32,895 nt of DNA from positions 1 to 32,895 of the forward strand of contig JAUXUB010000031.1 in NCBI GenBank assembly GCA_030680955.1, in the 5' to 3' direction. Position 1 is the first letter of the stretch. Every line of letters starts with the position of its first letter. The stretch comes from a bacterium (GTDB taxonomy: Bacteria > Patescibacteriota > Minisyncoccia > UBA6257 > JACOXY01). The notes under the pieces were generated by a model. The model saw only the letters and a list, made by a program, of their open reading frames with translations. It was not told where the DNA came from and ran no database searches. This document shows positions 1 to 8,481 of the stretch, piece after piece. The translations under genes were made by a program, and so were the position numbers.

Positions 1-56
1 AATATAATAAAAACTAATTAATATCTCCGCTTGTCGAAGACTTACCTAGATTTTAA

Positions 57-128
57 GTCAAAATTTTACCCTTCGACAGGCTCAGGGAATAAAATTTTGA
101 CTAATATTCTAATTTTGCAAAAGGTCTA
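57..128. repeat. Composite palindromic element: AGTCAAAATTTTA...TAAAATTTTGACT hairpin enclosing CCCTTCGACAGGCTCAGGG, followed by a single AATTTTGCAAAAGGTCTA end
   Basis: Inverted repeat 57-102 with the inner motif at 69-87. Bases 111-128 match the terminal inverted repeat of the MITE at 19267-19426 with one mismatch. Confidence 0.6.
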
Positions 129-145
129 ATGTAAATTTCAGCCTT

Positions 146-535
146 TTAACTATTTTTAAGAATATCTATTAACTTACTACCAAGATTTTCAAGATCTTTA
201 TCTTTTCGTAAATACGCAACCGCCCCAAGTTCGTGAGCAAGATTTTCTTCATTTATGGTTCCTGGCCAAGGCGCTGATAAACTAGTTAGAAATGCAACTT
301 TAATTTTTTTAAGTTCCGGGTGGCTTTTTAGATCTATTATGGCCTCTGTGCCACTGATCCTCGGCATGTTTATATCCAATAAAATCAAATCTGGCTTAAG
401 AGCCATTGCCTTTTCTAGCATGTGCTCCGCTTCATTTGTTATCTCTACTCTAAAACCAGCTTTTTCAAGCTTGTCAGTAATAATTTCTAGTATATCAGCT
501 TCATCATCGACAACTAGAATGAGGGGCTTATACAT
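146..535 (-). CDS. Stand-alone response regulator receiver (CheY-like)
   Basis: ILVVDDE, PDLILLDINMP (phospho-Asp), FLTS, GAVAYLRK; no output domain. Confidence 0.93.
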   Translation of the reverse strand: MYKPLILVVDDEADILEIITDKLEKAGFRVEITNEAEHMLEKAMALKPDLILLDINMPRISGTEAIIDLKSHPELKKIKVAFLTSLSAPWPGTINEENLAHELGAVAYLRKDKDLENLGSKLIDILKNS

Positions 536-538
536 TGT

Positions 539-934
539 TTACTGATTAATTCCACAAAGTTCTTTAAGGTGTGCAACTGCAAGATTAAGATCATCCGTCT
601 TTCTAATAAAATCCATAGCACCAATTTCTTGTGCATACTTCTTGTCTGAATCACCTAACTCAAGAAGTGGCTCACCATGATTTGTCATAAATACAACCTT
701 AAGTTTTTTAAGTTCTGCATCTTCTTTCATTTTCATAAAGGTTTCTAGCCCATTCATCTTCGGCATCATAAAATCTAGAATAACTAAATCTGGCTTTATT
801 GTTTTAAGTTTCTCTAATCCTTCTACACCGTCTCCCGCTGATTGCACATCAAATCCACCTGCGGTTAACTTTGCAGTCAATATTTCTCTAAAATCTGCCT
901 CATCCTCTACTAATAAGATTAATGGTTTATTCAT
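539..934 (-). CDS. Stand-alone response regulator receiver (CheY-like)
   Basis: ILLVEDE, PDLVILDFMMPKMNG, FMTN, GAMDFIRK. Confidence 0.93.
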   Translation of the reverse strand: MNKPLILLVEDEADFREILTAKLTAGGFDVQSAGDGVEGLEKLKTIKPDLVILDFMMPKMNGLETFMKMKEDAELKKLKVVFMTNHGEPLLELGDSDKKYAQEIGAMDFIRKTDDLNLAVAHLKELCGINQ

Positions 935-959
935 AATTAGTTGATTAATTAATATCTAA

Positions 960-968
960 ATTATACCA
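960..968 (-). promoter_or_regulatory. Extended -10 promoter (TGGTATAAT)
   Basis: Perfect TGnTATAAT 25 nt upstream of the ATG at 934. Confidence 0.6.
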
Positions 969-997
969 CAATACAAAAATAAACGCGCAAGTAAGCG

Positions 998-1870
998 TCA
1001 ATGAGCTATTTTATTAAAAAGTTTTAACCTATTGATTACTATTTTTTTAACTTCTTGTCTTGCAGAAGCTAATATTTTATATGGAGTTACCTCATTTGCG
1101 TCAGCTTTAAACGCTTCCTCAATACCCTTACGCCAAGCCACACGTATTTCAGTATTTATATGAATTATTCTTATTCCAGCCTCTATTGCTTCATTAAAAT
1201 CTGAATCAACAATCCCAGATCCACCATGCAAAACAAGGGGAACTCCACATGCTTCTGCGATTTCTCTAATACGATTTATCTTAAGCCTTGGATTTGGCAT
1301 ATTTTTCAACATTCCATGGATATTGCCAACGGCAGGCGCAATCAAGTCTATCCCAGTTTCGGTAACAAATTTTTTTGCCATCTCCGCGGAAGGAAGCGCA
1401 CTTTCATCAGTAAGGGCACCCTCGGGAAGAGAATCTAAAAGTTTTGACGAACTGCCAATATAACCAATTTCGGCTTCAACTAATATATTAGGATTTATAC
1501 TACGTGCAATTTCTGCCGCCGCTTTTGTTTGTTTTATATTTTCTTCAAATGAAAGTTTTGCGCCATCAAAGATCACCATATCAAATCCCGCTTCTGCCGC
1601 TTTTTTGATTCCATCTAATGTATATGTGTGATCAGCATTTATAAATATAGGATAGTCGTATTCTTCTCGTAAACTCTTGACAAGCGCCGCGGCTTGCCGA
1701 ACTCCAACAAACCCCCGCTCGCCTTCTGAAAGCCCAATTATTACTGGCAGATTAAGCTCTCGTGCCGCATCAAAAATTGCTAGTAGTGCAGCTATGTCTG
1801 AAATATTAAAATGACCAATAGCGATTTTTTGTTGTTGCGCATCTTTCAAACATTCACGTAAGTTTTTCAT
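998..1870 (-). CDS. fba: Class II fructose-bisphosphate aldolase
   Basis: ADH, VEAEIG, AVGNIHG, LVLHGGSG and INTE motifs of Zn-dependent class II aldolases. Confidence 0.93.
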   Translation of the reverse strand: MKNLRECLKDAQQQKIAIGHFNISDIAALLAIFDAARELNLPVIIGLSEGERGFVGVRQAAALVKSLREEYDYPIFINADHTYTLDGIKKAAEAGFDMVIFDGAKLSFEENIKQTKAAAEIARSINPNILVEAEIGYIGSSSKLLDSLPEGALTDESALPSAEMAKKFVTETGIDLIAPAVGNIHGMLKNMPNPRLKINRIREIAEACGVPLVLHGGSGIVDSDFNEAIEAGIRIIHINTEIRVAWRKGIEEAFKADANEVTPYKILASARQEVKKIVINRLKLFNKIAH

Positions 1871-1894
1871 AATGTATCTATAAAAATAATAATA

Positions 1895-2036
1895 TATCTT
1901 AAATGTAAAATCTTTTATCTCAAATATAAATCTAATAATCTGTTAATATTTTCAGAAAGATTTTAATTTTGATATGTACTTTTGAGATTTAATTTTTTAG
2001 ATTTGATTTTGTTTAGTAATTAGAAATTAGAAATTC
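1895..2036. repeat. Degenerate short-unit tandem arrays in inverted arrangement
   Basis: A-rich units (e.g. AAAATCT, TAAATCT) face T-rich units (AGATTTT, AGATTTA, AGATTTG), ending TAGAAAT-TAGAAAT. Confidence 0.45.
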
Positions 2037-2041
2037 TCTTG

Positions 2042-3310
2042 CTACGCAAGAGAGATATATCCTTTATCAAAATTATCTACAATTAATCTTTCTGTTTCTT
2101 CGTAACCAAAATATTCCATAAAAATCTGATTCCAAAGTGCTTCTTGATGATGATACAAATATTTAACCATATCTTTTTGTTTCACAAGAGACATGACTGC
2201 GTCTATTAAATTGAACGAAACTAAGTCTTCAATGCCAGAGTCATCTGTAAAATAATCACCAACAAAATCCAAATCTTTCCAAAAATCTAATCCCAATTCG
2301 TTGTGGTCGCCCCCAAGATGGGCAATATCCTGCGCTGCCTTTGTCCAATGAATTGCCTCCGGATTTACATGCGGTTCGAACAACCGCCAATCAAAAAGAT
2401 CGTCTTTTGCTAAATATCTTTGCACTATCATCCATTTTTTGCCTCTATCCTCTTCTTTAAAGCGCTCATCTAGGACATCGCCGCGTAAGGCCGAAGCAAG
2501 CTTAGCGGAATAATCTGCTGGATTTTCTTTGGCATATTTCCGGAATAGATTAGAATAGAAATTAACTTCATGTAAATAATGAAGCACTAAACTAAAAAGT
2601 CGCATAGTCTCGCCTGATGAATCAATTGGAATTGGAATTATAAAAATAACACCGAGCTCTTTAAGATGGCTCACATTGTGGTGCTTCTTTTTTAAAAATT
2701 TCGATGCAACGTTTAGCCACTCGCCATGCAAAACTTTTACTTCAATATCTCGCTCTTCAAAGTCAGCGGGGGTAACATTTTTAAGTTGTTTAAAGAATAT
2801 ATTGTTTAACCAATCTTTATCTTCTACAAAACGAAGTGCGCTATAAATTTCAAACAAGTCATATTTTTTAAGAAGCTCTTCTGGTTTTTGGACTTTAAAA
2901 TAGGCCATCATATTTGGCGGAGGCTCATTTATAAAAAACTCATGAGCAACTTCTCTCTTTAAGAAAAAACCTTTGGGAATCTTTGCGAGGCTAATAGCTG
3001 ATGCAATCAAAACACTTGCACCTGTTTCCCTTTCAAAATTGGTAAACCAAAAATGTTCAGAGAGCTTCTCATCATCTAACTTGGCTTTCTTTATAAGAGC
3101 GCTATAAATATCTTTGGAATTGAGTTCCTTCACGCGAAGCTGCTTCATGCGATCAGCCATTAGAGCTTCATTCTTTTCTATAATTTTCTCTAAACAATTA
3201 TTTTTGCCAATAACTGCAGAAAGGCGCTCGTCTACAATACGCACAACATCTTTATCTGTTCGCAGTATTTTTGCTATTTTTTCATATGGCGTATTAGTTT
3301 CAACTTTCAT
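2042..3310 (-). CDS. Hypothetical protein (422 aa) within the carbon-metabolism cluster
   Basis: Long ORF with globular composition and His/Glu-rich motifs HHNVSHLKELG, HYLHE, EPHVNPEAIHW; no family recognised. Confidence 0.85.
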   Translation of the reverse strand: MKVETNTPYEKIAKILRTDKDVVRIVDERLSAVIGKNNCLEKIIEKNEALMADRMKQLRVKELNSKDIYSALIKKAKLDDEKLSEHFWFTNFERETGASVLIASAISLAKIPKGFFLKREVAHEFFINEPPPNMMAYFKVQKPEELLKKYDLFEIYSALRFVEDKDWLNNIFFKQLKNVTPADFEERDIEVKVLHGEWLNVASKFLKKKHHNVSHLKELGVIFIIPIPIDSSGETMRLFSLVLHYLHEVNFYSNLFRKYAKENPADYSAKLASALRGDVLDERFKEEDRGKKWMIVQRYLAKDDLFDWRLFEPHVNPEAIHWTKAAQDIAHLGGDHNELGLDFWKDLDFVGDYFTDDSGIEDLVSFNLIDAVMSLVKQKDMVKYLYHHQEALWNQIFMEYFGYEETERLIVDNFDKGYISLA

Positions 3311-3429
3311 CCCGTTAGAGATAGGACATCAAAGATGACCGTAACTCGTTTAATTTGTTTGCAATCGACGTTTTATTTTTGGCAGACATTAAGTTTCTCA
3401 TAAATATTATTTGGTTATCTCTAATGGGA
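3310..3429. mobile_element. MITE-like element with TCCCGTTAGAGATA...TATCTCTAATGGGA ends
   Basis: 14-bp terminal inverted repeats with 1 mismatch; fills the whole intergenic gap; same end motif at 30335-30383. Confidence 0.7.
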
Positions 3430-3430
3430 C

Positions 3431-3817
3431 TCATAATCCGTTTTGTGCTTTTATATCATTAATTATATCTCCAATACTAAACTCATGTTTTGGATAATGT
3501 TTATTTGCACCCAATCGCATATATTCATCTACGGTTTCCTGGTCCGCAGTAACTGAAACAATATATACCGGAATTTTCTTAAATTTTTCGTCTTTTTTAA
3601 TTATTTTTAAAAAATCGAGGCCCGTTTCATCCTCTAAAAGTAAGTGGTCAAGCCAAATTAAGTCTACCCAACCAATATCTTTAAGGGCATTCAATGCTTG
3701 CTTGGCACTTCTTGCAGTAACCACATCAAAACCACTTAAAACTAATTTTTTCTGAAGCGCCATCAAAAGAGGCGTTTCGTCTTCTACCACTAAAATTGAT
3801 TTTTTATTATCTGTCAT
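3431..3817 (-). CDS. Stand-alone response regulator receiver
   Basis: ILVVEDE, VDLIWLDH, TGLDFL, IVSV, LGANKHYPK. Confidence 0.88.
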   Translation of the reverse strand: MTDNKKSILVVEDETPLLMALQKKLVLSGFDVVTARSAKQALNALKDIGWVDLIWLDHLLLEDETGLDFLKIIKKDEKFKKIPVYIVSVTADQETVDEYMRLGANKHYPKHEFSIGDIINDIKAQNGL

Positions 3818-3827
3818 AATAACATAA

Positions 3828-3910
3828 TCTGAATTTACGAATTTTTAACGAATAATACAAATCTAGTAATTTTATTCGTTATATTCGTCGATTACATTCG
3901 TTGTATTCGC
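3828..3910. repeat. Inverted arrays of (A)CGAAT / ATTCG(T) units
   Basis: CTGAAT, ACGAAT x2 and ACAAAT facing four ATTCG units. Confidence 0.55.
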
Positions 3911-3919
3911 ATTACTAAT

Positions 3920-4960
3920 TTATAATTTTTTCCTTTCTATAGATAATTTTCCCCAACGATTAGAATTAAACTGTTTCTTCGTGAGGATTCCTTCCTTTGC
4001 GCCAACATATTCTACCACAGAAGTAGCATTCGCAGAACCTAACCGAATTGCGTATTCTATATCCGCTGGTGCCCAGCTTGCAGCTTTTAGCTTGTAGCTT
4101 TTAGCATTCCTCATAAGTCCCGCCACAAACCCTGAACCAAAGGCATCTCCTGCGCCAGTTCTGTCTGCAACTTGCTTCTCCTTATAAGTACCAGCTTTAT
4201 ATAAATAAACTCCATCTGAAACCAGAACGCCTCGAGGACCATCGCTCATAACTGCAATTCCTCCAATGGATCGATTAAATTCATAAAAAAGTTTTTGCTC
4301 GTCTATTGAATCCATTCCCATTAAAAGTCCAATCTCTTCACGATTACCTTTTACTAGAGTTAATTTTTTCAAAATAGGTTCTAATTTTTTTCTTCCCATA
4401 CTTAAATAATGGCTAGAAAGATCAATGGCAATTCGTGCGCCATTTTTGTGTAGCGCACTAACCATGTTTTCCATTACTTTAAAATCAATATTTCCGGGCA
4501 CAATATATGCCCACCTACAATTTAGCTTTCCCTTAGGAATTTCTTTTAATTCCAAATTATTTGCAGCGCCCCGATAAACCAAAACTGTGCGCTCTCCTGT
4601 GTCAGCTAGTAGTAGTGTGGAATATCCGGTTCCAAATTTTTTATCTTTCATTGCGAGAGTCGTTACGCCTTCCTTTTTTAAATCTTGAACAATTCCTTCG
4701 CCCGGTCTATCATCTCCAATTTTAAAAATAGAGGCGGTCTTATATCCTTGACGCGCAAACGTTACAGCGGCATTTGTGGCGCCTCCACCTGAAGTCAAAA
4801 CTGGTTTCTCTACTTCAATTTTTCCTCCCCAGACAAAACATTCAGCCACTCCACCAAAAATACCAATATCTTTCAAGTTTTCATTTCGAAACTCCTTAAA
4901 GTAACGGCTCTTTAAAAAAACATCGCGCGTTGCTGTTCCAATTGTAATAACGTCATACAT
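3920..4960 (-). CDS. PfkB/ribokinase-family carbohydrate kinase
   Basis: GGGATNAA and DRTGAGDAFGSGF signatures. Confidence 0.92.
   Translation of the reverse strand: MYDVITIGTATRDVFLKSRYFKEFRNENLKDIGIFGGVAECFVWGGKIEVEKPVLTSGGGATNAAVTFARQGYKTASIFKIGDDRPGEGIVQDLKKEGVTTLAMKDKKFGTGYSTLLLADTGERTVLVYRGAANNLELKEIPKGKLNCRWAYIVPGNIDFKVMENMVSALHKNGARIAIDLSSHYLSMGRKKLEPILKKLTLVKGNREEIGLLMGMDSIDEQKLFYEFNRSIGGIAVMSDGPRGVLVSDGVYLYKAGTYKEKQVADRTGAGDAFGSGFVAGLMRNAKSYKLKAASWAPADIEYAIRLGSANATSVVEYVGAKEGILTKKQFNSNRWGKLSIERKKL
4073..4107. repeat. In-frame heptamer array (NNAGCTT x5) inside the pfkB-family gene
   Basis: ccagctt gcagctt ttagctt gtagctt ttagcat; encodes NAKSYKLKAASW. Confidence 0.75.
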
Positions 4961-4966
4961 GGTTAC

Positions 4967-4975
4967 ATTATAACA
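4967..4975 (-). promoter_or_regulatory. Extended -10 promoter, probably leaderless transcript
   Basis: TGTTATAAT ends 6 nt before the ATG at 4960; no SD sequence. Confidence 0.65.
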
Positions 4976-5093
4976 TTTATATATCTTAATTTGTAAATAT
5001 TATAAAAAAAGCCTGTCGAAGCAATAGGATAATGTCCTATTATAAAAAGCCTAAAATAGGCACTTTTATGATTAGCTTAAGAATACCTCATTG

Positions 5094-5126
5094 CCAATAT
5101 ATCGTAACCCGGTTACGATATATTGG
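5094..5126. repeat. REP-like palindrome CCAATATATCGTAACC-C-GGTTACGATATATTGG
   Basis: Perfect 16-bp arms; second copy at 17174-17200. Confidence 0.85.
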
Positions 5127-5134
5127 ATGTTAGA

Positions 5135-5539
5135 TTATAAACCCATTGTCTTTTTTTCAAAATATTTTCCAAATAAGTTAACGGGTTTCATATCACCTTT
5201 GTAAGCATTAATGATACCACTTATCCCTAGACTTAAAACAACTATCAAAACTAGACCGAAAATCATATTAAGAAACATAAACGCATATTGAAGATCTGCC
5301 GGTACATATAAATTAGCGCTTACCCAAAGGATAAAACAAAATATGCTTATTATAAAAAGACCCATGCCTTGTCTTGCATGATAAATCGCAAAAATACTTT
5401 GACGTTTTATCATCATTACAAGCAAAAAAAGTGGACCAAAATATGAAAGTACAGCCCAAAGCCAGTTTTCTTCAATGTCTTCCGGAGTGGCTATAATTGA
5501 TAATTCTTTATTCTGAAAATTGTAAGAGTGCTCGGCCAT
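5135..5539 (-). CDS. DUF4870-like small membrane protein
   Basis: WAVLSY...YHARQG...GIINAYKG...P pattern with three hydrophobic segments. Start moved to ATG 5539 because the longer ORF starts in a heptamer array. Confidence 0.75.
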   Translation of the reverse strand: MAEHSYNFQNKELSIIATPEDIEENWLWAVLSYFGPLFLLVMMIKRQSIFAIYHARQGMGLFIISIFCFILWVSANLYVPADLQYAFMFLNMIFGLVLIVVLSLGISGIINAYKGDMKPVNLFGKYFEKKTMGL

Positions 5540-5628
5540 ATTGGGGTAGAAGCATGAATTAAGATTAAAATCGTCATGTATCACAAGGGCTCTTTCCAAT
5601 TCATTATTCGTTATTCTTAATTCATAAT

Positions 5629-5695
5629 TCACTTACGCCTAATTATCTTTATTAACTGCTCCTATTATATCTTTAACTCCCATTCCATATTTTTT
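5629..5695 (-). pseudogene. Remnant 3' end of transketolase C-terminal subunit (distal copy)
   Basis: Reads KKYGMGVKDIIGAV[1-nt frameshift]KIIRRK* versus the intact EKYGMGAKDIIRAVRKVIRRK*. Confidence 0.8.
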
Positions 5696-5697
5696 CC

Positions 5698-5770
5698 CGA
5701 TTTTGTTTTCGCAAAGCGAAATTACAAAATCGAGGACCCCGTTAAATTTTGCTGACAAAATTTTTTACGG
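5698..5770. repeat. Two adjacent hairpin elements between the transketolase remnants
   Basis: CGATTTTGT-TTTCGC-AAA-GCGAAA-TT-ACAAAATCG (5698-5732) and CCGTTAAATTTTG...CAAAATTT...ACGG (5739-5770). Confidence 0.65.
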
Positions 5771-5772
5771 AG

Positions 5773-5865
5773 CTATTTCTTCCTTCTTATAACCTTTTAA
5801 ACTGCGGATTTTATCGACTGAACATCCATGCCATATTTATTTATAAGCATATTCGGCGGTTCACC
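5773..5865 (-). pseudogene. Remnant 3' end of transketolase C-terminal subunit (proximal copy)
   Basis: Reads GEPPNMLINKYGMDVQSIKSAV*KVIRRKK* versus the intact SGLPSQLLEKYGMGAKDIIRAVRKVIRRK*. Confidence 0.8.
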
Positions 5866-5887
5866 CTCCTAACATTTTAAAATATAA

Positions 5888-6880
5888 TCACTTTCTGCGG
5901 ATAACTTTTCTAACAGCCCGTATTATGTCCTTCGCCCCCATCCCGTATTTTTCTAAAAGTTGAGAGGGCAATCCAGATTCTCCAAAAGTATTTTGCATAC
6001 CAATAAATTCTATCGGTGTGGGCGCATGTTTTGCTAAAGCTTCGGCAACTGCTCCTCCTAAACCACCAATTACTTGATGTTCCTCTACTGTAACAACCGC
6101 GCCGCATTTCTTTGCCCATTTTGAAATTTCTTTTTCATCAAGTGGTTTAATGGTGTGGCAGTTTAAAACAACTGTACCAATCTTTTCTTTCTCAAGTTCA
6201 CGAGCAGCAAGCATAGCGTTATATAAAAGTGAACCGCAACCTATGATTACACACACTGGTTTTTTTGACATCCAAAATACTTCCGCTTTTCCAGGCACAT
6301 AAGGAGTCTCATCAGTTGTAAAAACTGGAGTTTTTTCTCTTCCAAGTCGAATATATATCGGACCCCAAATTTTTGCCGCCATTATCGTAACTTTTTTTGC
6401 CTCTATCATATCAGCCGGTACAAAAACTTTCATATTGGCAATAACACGCATGGTAGCAATATCCTCAATTGCCTGATGAGTGGCGCCATCAGGTCCAACA
6501 GAAATCCCTGCATGAGATCCTATAATTTTTACATTAGAATTATTGTAAGCAATAGTAGTTCTAATTTGCTCCCAATTTCTTCCCGGAGAAAAAGTCGCAT
6601 ACGATGAAATAAATGTAACTTTGCCAGACACTCCAAAACCAGAACCAACAGTTGCCAAATTTTGTTCAGCCACGCCAATTTCAAAAAATCGTTCTGGGTA
6701 TTTTTTAGCAAAAGCTTCAATGCGAGTGGACTCGGTTAGATCAGCACAGAGTGCAACAACGTTGGGATTTTCATCTCCAGCTAAAACCAAACCATCACCA
6801 AAACCATTGCGAGTTGGCTTTTGTTCTAGGTCATTTTCGAATATTTTTGGTGAAAGATTTGCGCTAGGATAAATTGGCAT
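5888..6880 (-). CDS. Transketolase, C-terminal subunit (split gene)
   Basis: EIGVAEQN, GPDGATHQ, YIRLGR, TIKPLD, VEEHQVIGGLG. Confidence 0.95.
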   Translation of the reverse strand: MPIYPSANLSPKIFENDLEQKPTRNGFGDGLVLAGDENPNVVALCADLTESTRIEAFAKKYPERFFEIGVAEQNLATVGSGFGVSGKVTFISSYATFSPGRNWEQIRTTIAYNNSNVKIIGSHAGISVGPDGATHQAIEDIATMRVIANMKVFVPADMIEAKKVTIMAAKIWGPIYIRLGREKTPVFTTDETPYVPGKAEVFWMSKKPVCVIIGCGSLLYNAMLAARELEKEKIGTVVLNCHTIKPLDEKEISKWAKKCGAVVTVEEHQVIGGLGGAVAEALAKHAPTPIEFIGMQNTFGESGLPSQLLEKYGMGAKDIIRAVRKVIRRK

Positions 6881-6907
6881 AAAAATAAATTTAACTGCAA
6901 ATATAAA

Positions 6908-7792
6908 TTAATGCTCACTTTGAATTTTTCTCCCAAGTGCCTGAAGTTCTTCAAGTGCTCTCCCTGCCTGTTCTGATTTAGGTACAATATTTTCTGGTCC
7001 TTCGCCAGGCGGCGTTCCATGCCATCTATAATCTCCTTCCATAAAAGAAACCCCTTTGCCTGGAATGGTGTGCGCAATAATTACAGTAGGTTTTTCATAA
7101 ATTGCCTGTGCCTCGTATACAGCGTCCACAAATTGCTCTATGTTATGGCCATTAACTTCAATGGTATGCCAGCCAAACGCTTCCCATTTATCTCTAAAAG
7201 GTTCGAGTGGCATTATGTTTTCTGTATTCCCATCTATTTGAATATTATTTCTATCTATTATTGCGGTAATATTGCTTAATTTATATTTTCCAGCAAGCAT
7301 TGCTCCTTCCCATGTGTTTCCGGAGTCGCATTCACCATCAGACATCATGCAATAAAAATGATTCTTCTTTTTATCAAGACGAGAAGCTAGAGCCATTCCA
7401 CAAGTCTGCGAAAGCCCAGAACCGAGTGGACCAGAAGTAGATTCAATCCCCGGAAGAACCTGACGATGTGGATGCCCCTGAAGGCGTGTATTTATTTTTC
7501 GGAGAGTCTTAAGTTCTGCTTTCGGAAAGTATCCGGCGAAGGCCATTGTAACATATAGCACTGGACAAATGTGTCCATTAGAAAGTAACAATCTATCTCG
7601 TTCCGGCCAATCTGGATTATTTGGATCATGTTTCAAAACATGAAAATACATGGCAGTAAAAATATCCGCCATACCAAGTGGTCCAGCAGTGTGACCAGAT
7701 TTAGCCTCCGCGAGAGTCAAAATTATAGTCTGCCGAATTTCATTCGCCAGCACTTCTAACTTTTTTAATTTTTCTTCATGAAGTATTTCCAT
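6908..7792 (-). CDS. Transketolase, N-terminal (TPP-binding) subunit
   Basis: SGH, DRLLLSNGH, LQGHP, GPLGSG, SDGE...DRN, TIPGKG. Confidence 0.95.
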   Translation of the reverse strand: MEILHEEKLKKLEVLANEIRQTIILTLAEAKSGHTAGPLGMADIFTAMYFHVLKHDPNNPDWPERDRLLLSNGHICPVLYVTMAFAGYFPKAELKTLRKINTRLQGHPHRQVLPGIESTSGPLGSGLSQTCGMALASRLDKKKNHFYCMMSDGECDSGNTWEGAMLAGKYKLSNITAIIDRNNIQIDGNTENIMPLEPFRDKWEAFGWHTIEVNGHNIEQFVDAVYEAQAIYEKPTVIIAHTIPGKGVSFMEGDYRWHGTPPGEGPENIVPKSEQAGRALEELQALGRKIQSEH

Positions 7793-7800
7793 TTATGTTT

Positions 7801-7809
7801 ATTATACCA
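7801..7809 (-). promoter_or_regulatory. Extended -10 promoter of the transketolase genes
   Basis: TGGTATAAT 8 nt before the ATG at 7792. Confidence 0.65.
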
Positions 7810-7889
7810 CAGCCAGCTTTAATTCTTATACCCTTCGTTAGATCTTATTAGATTGTCGTTTAAATAGTAAATAAATGACCATGCTTGGA

Positions 7890-8183
7890 CTACGCTCTTC
7901 TCCTAAGACGCTTGTAGATCTTATCACGGTTATCTACAGCCAAAAGTTTAATCGTATGAGTAGAAAGAAATTTAAAACCAACTCGATAATCGCGCGTAAT
8001 GCGAAAAGAAAACATCCCCTGAAGTGGTGCGCTAAGAGGCTTTGTGTGAAGCCTAGAATCAAAGACATCTTCCTCAAGAATTTCTATAAGTTCTGCTAGT
8101 TTACTCTGTGATTCTTCGGGGAGCTTGCGTACGTCCTTAAGGAAGTCCTTGTCATATACAATCTCATTTCTTTGATCTGACAT
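7890..8183 (-). CDS. RelE/ParE-superfamily toxin
   Basis: FLKDVRKL...LHTKPL...FSFRITRDYRV...RDKIY; small and basic; overlaps the upstream small ORF. Confidence 0.85.
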   Translation of the reverse strand: MSDQRNEIVYDKDFLKDVRKLPEESQSKLAELIEILEEDVFDSRLHTKPLSAPLQGMFSFRITRDYRVGFKFLSTHTIKLLAVDNRDKIYKRLRRRA

Positions 8184-8388
8184 GCTTTAGAAAAGATTCT
8201 TTACCTGCAAATTTATAAAGCGATTTTTTGCCTTGAGCTCGCAAAAGCATCTGTTTTACAAAAGATTCCTCATATTCACCTTCTGGATCATTAAGGGGCG
8301 TGAATAAAAATTCTCTCATTTCTCGAATGTCATTTTTTAGATCTCCAACTTCTCTATTGAGTTTTTTTATAATAACTTGCGTACTCAT
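8164..8388 (-). CDS. Probable antitoxin of the RelE-like toxin
   Basis: 74 aa, overlaps the toxin start, DPEGEY motif, TGGTATAGT 9 nt upstream of ATG 8388. Confidence 0.7.
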   Translation of the reverse strand: MSTQVIIKKLNREVGDLKNDIREMREFLFTPLNDPEGEYEESFVKQMLLRAQGKKSLYKFAGKESFLKHVRSKK

Positions 8389-8481
8389 AACATAAAAACT
8401 ATACCAATTTATAATATGAACCACAAGGATTATTTGAAATATGTTTTAGCACTTATTTTACATAGTTATCTTTAACGGAAT

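Noticed and set aside
5540-5632. N-terminal extensions in the ORF track (also 13660-13728 and 10335-10382)
   Set aside because: They derive from heptamer arrays or a terminator/promoter region; downstream ATGs fit the families better.
7830-8481. RelE module flanked by TCCCGTTAGA-type ends (7834-7843 and 8467-8481)
   Set aside because: The left match is too degenerate to support.
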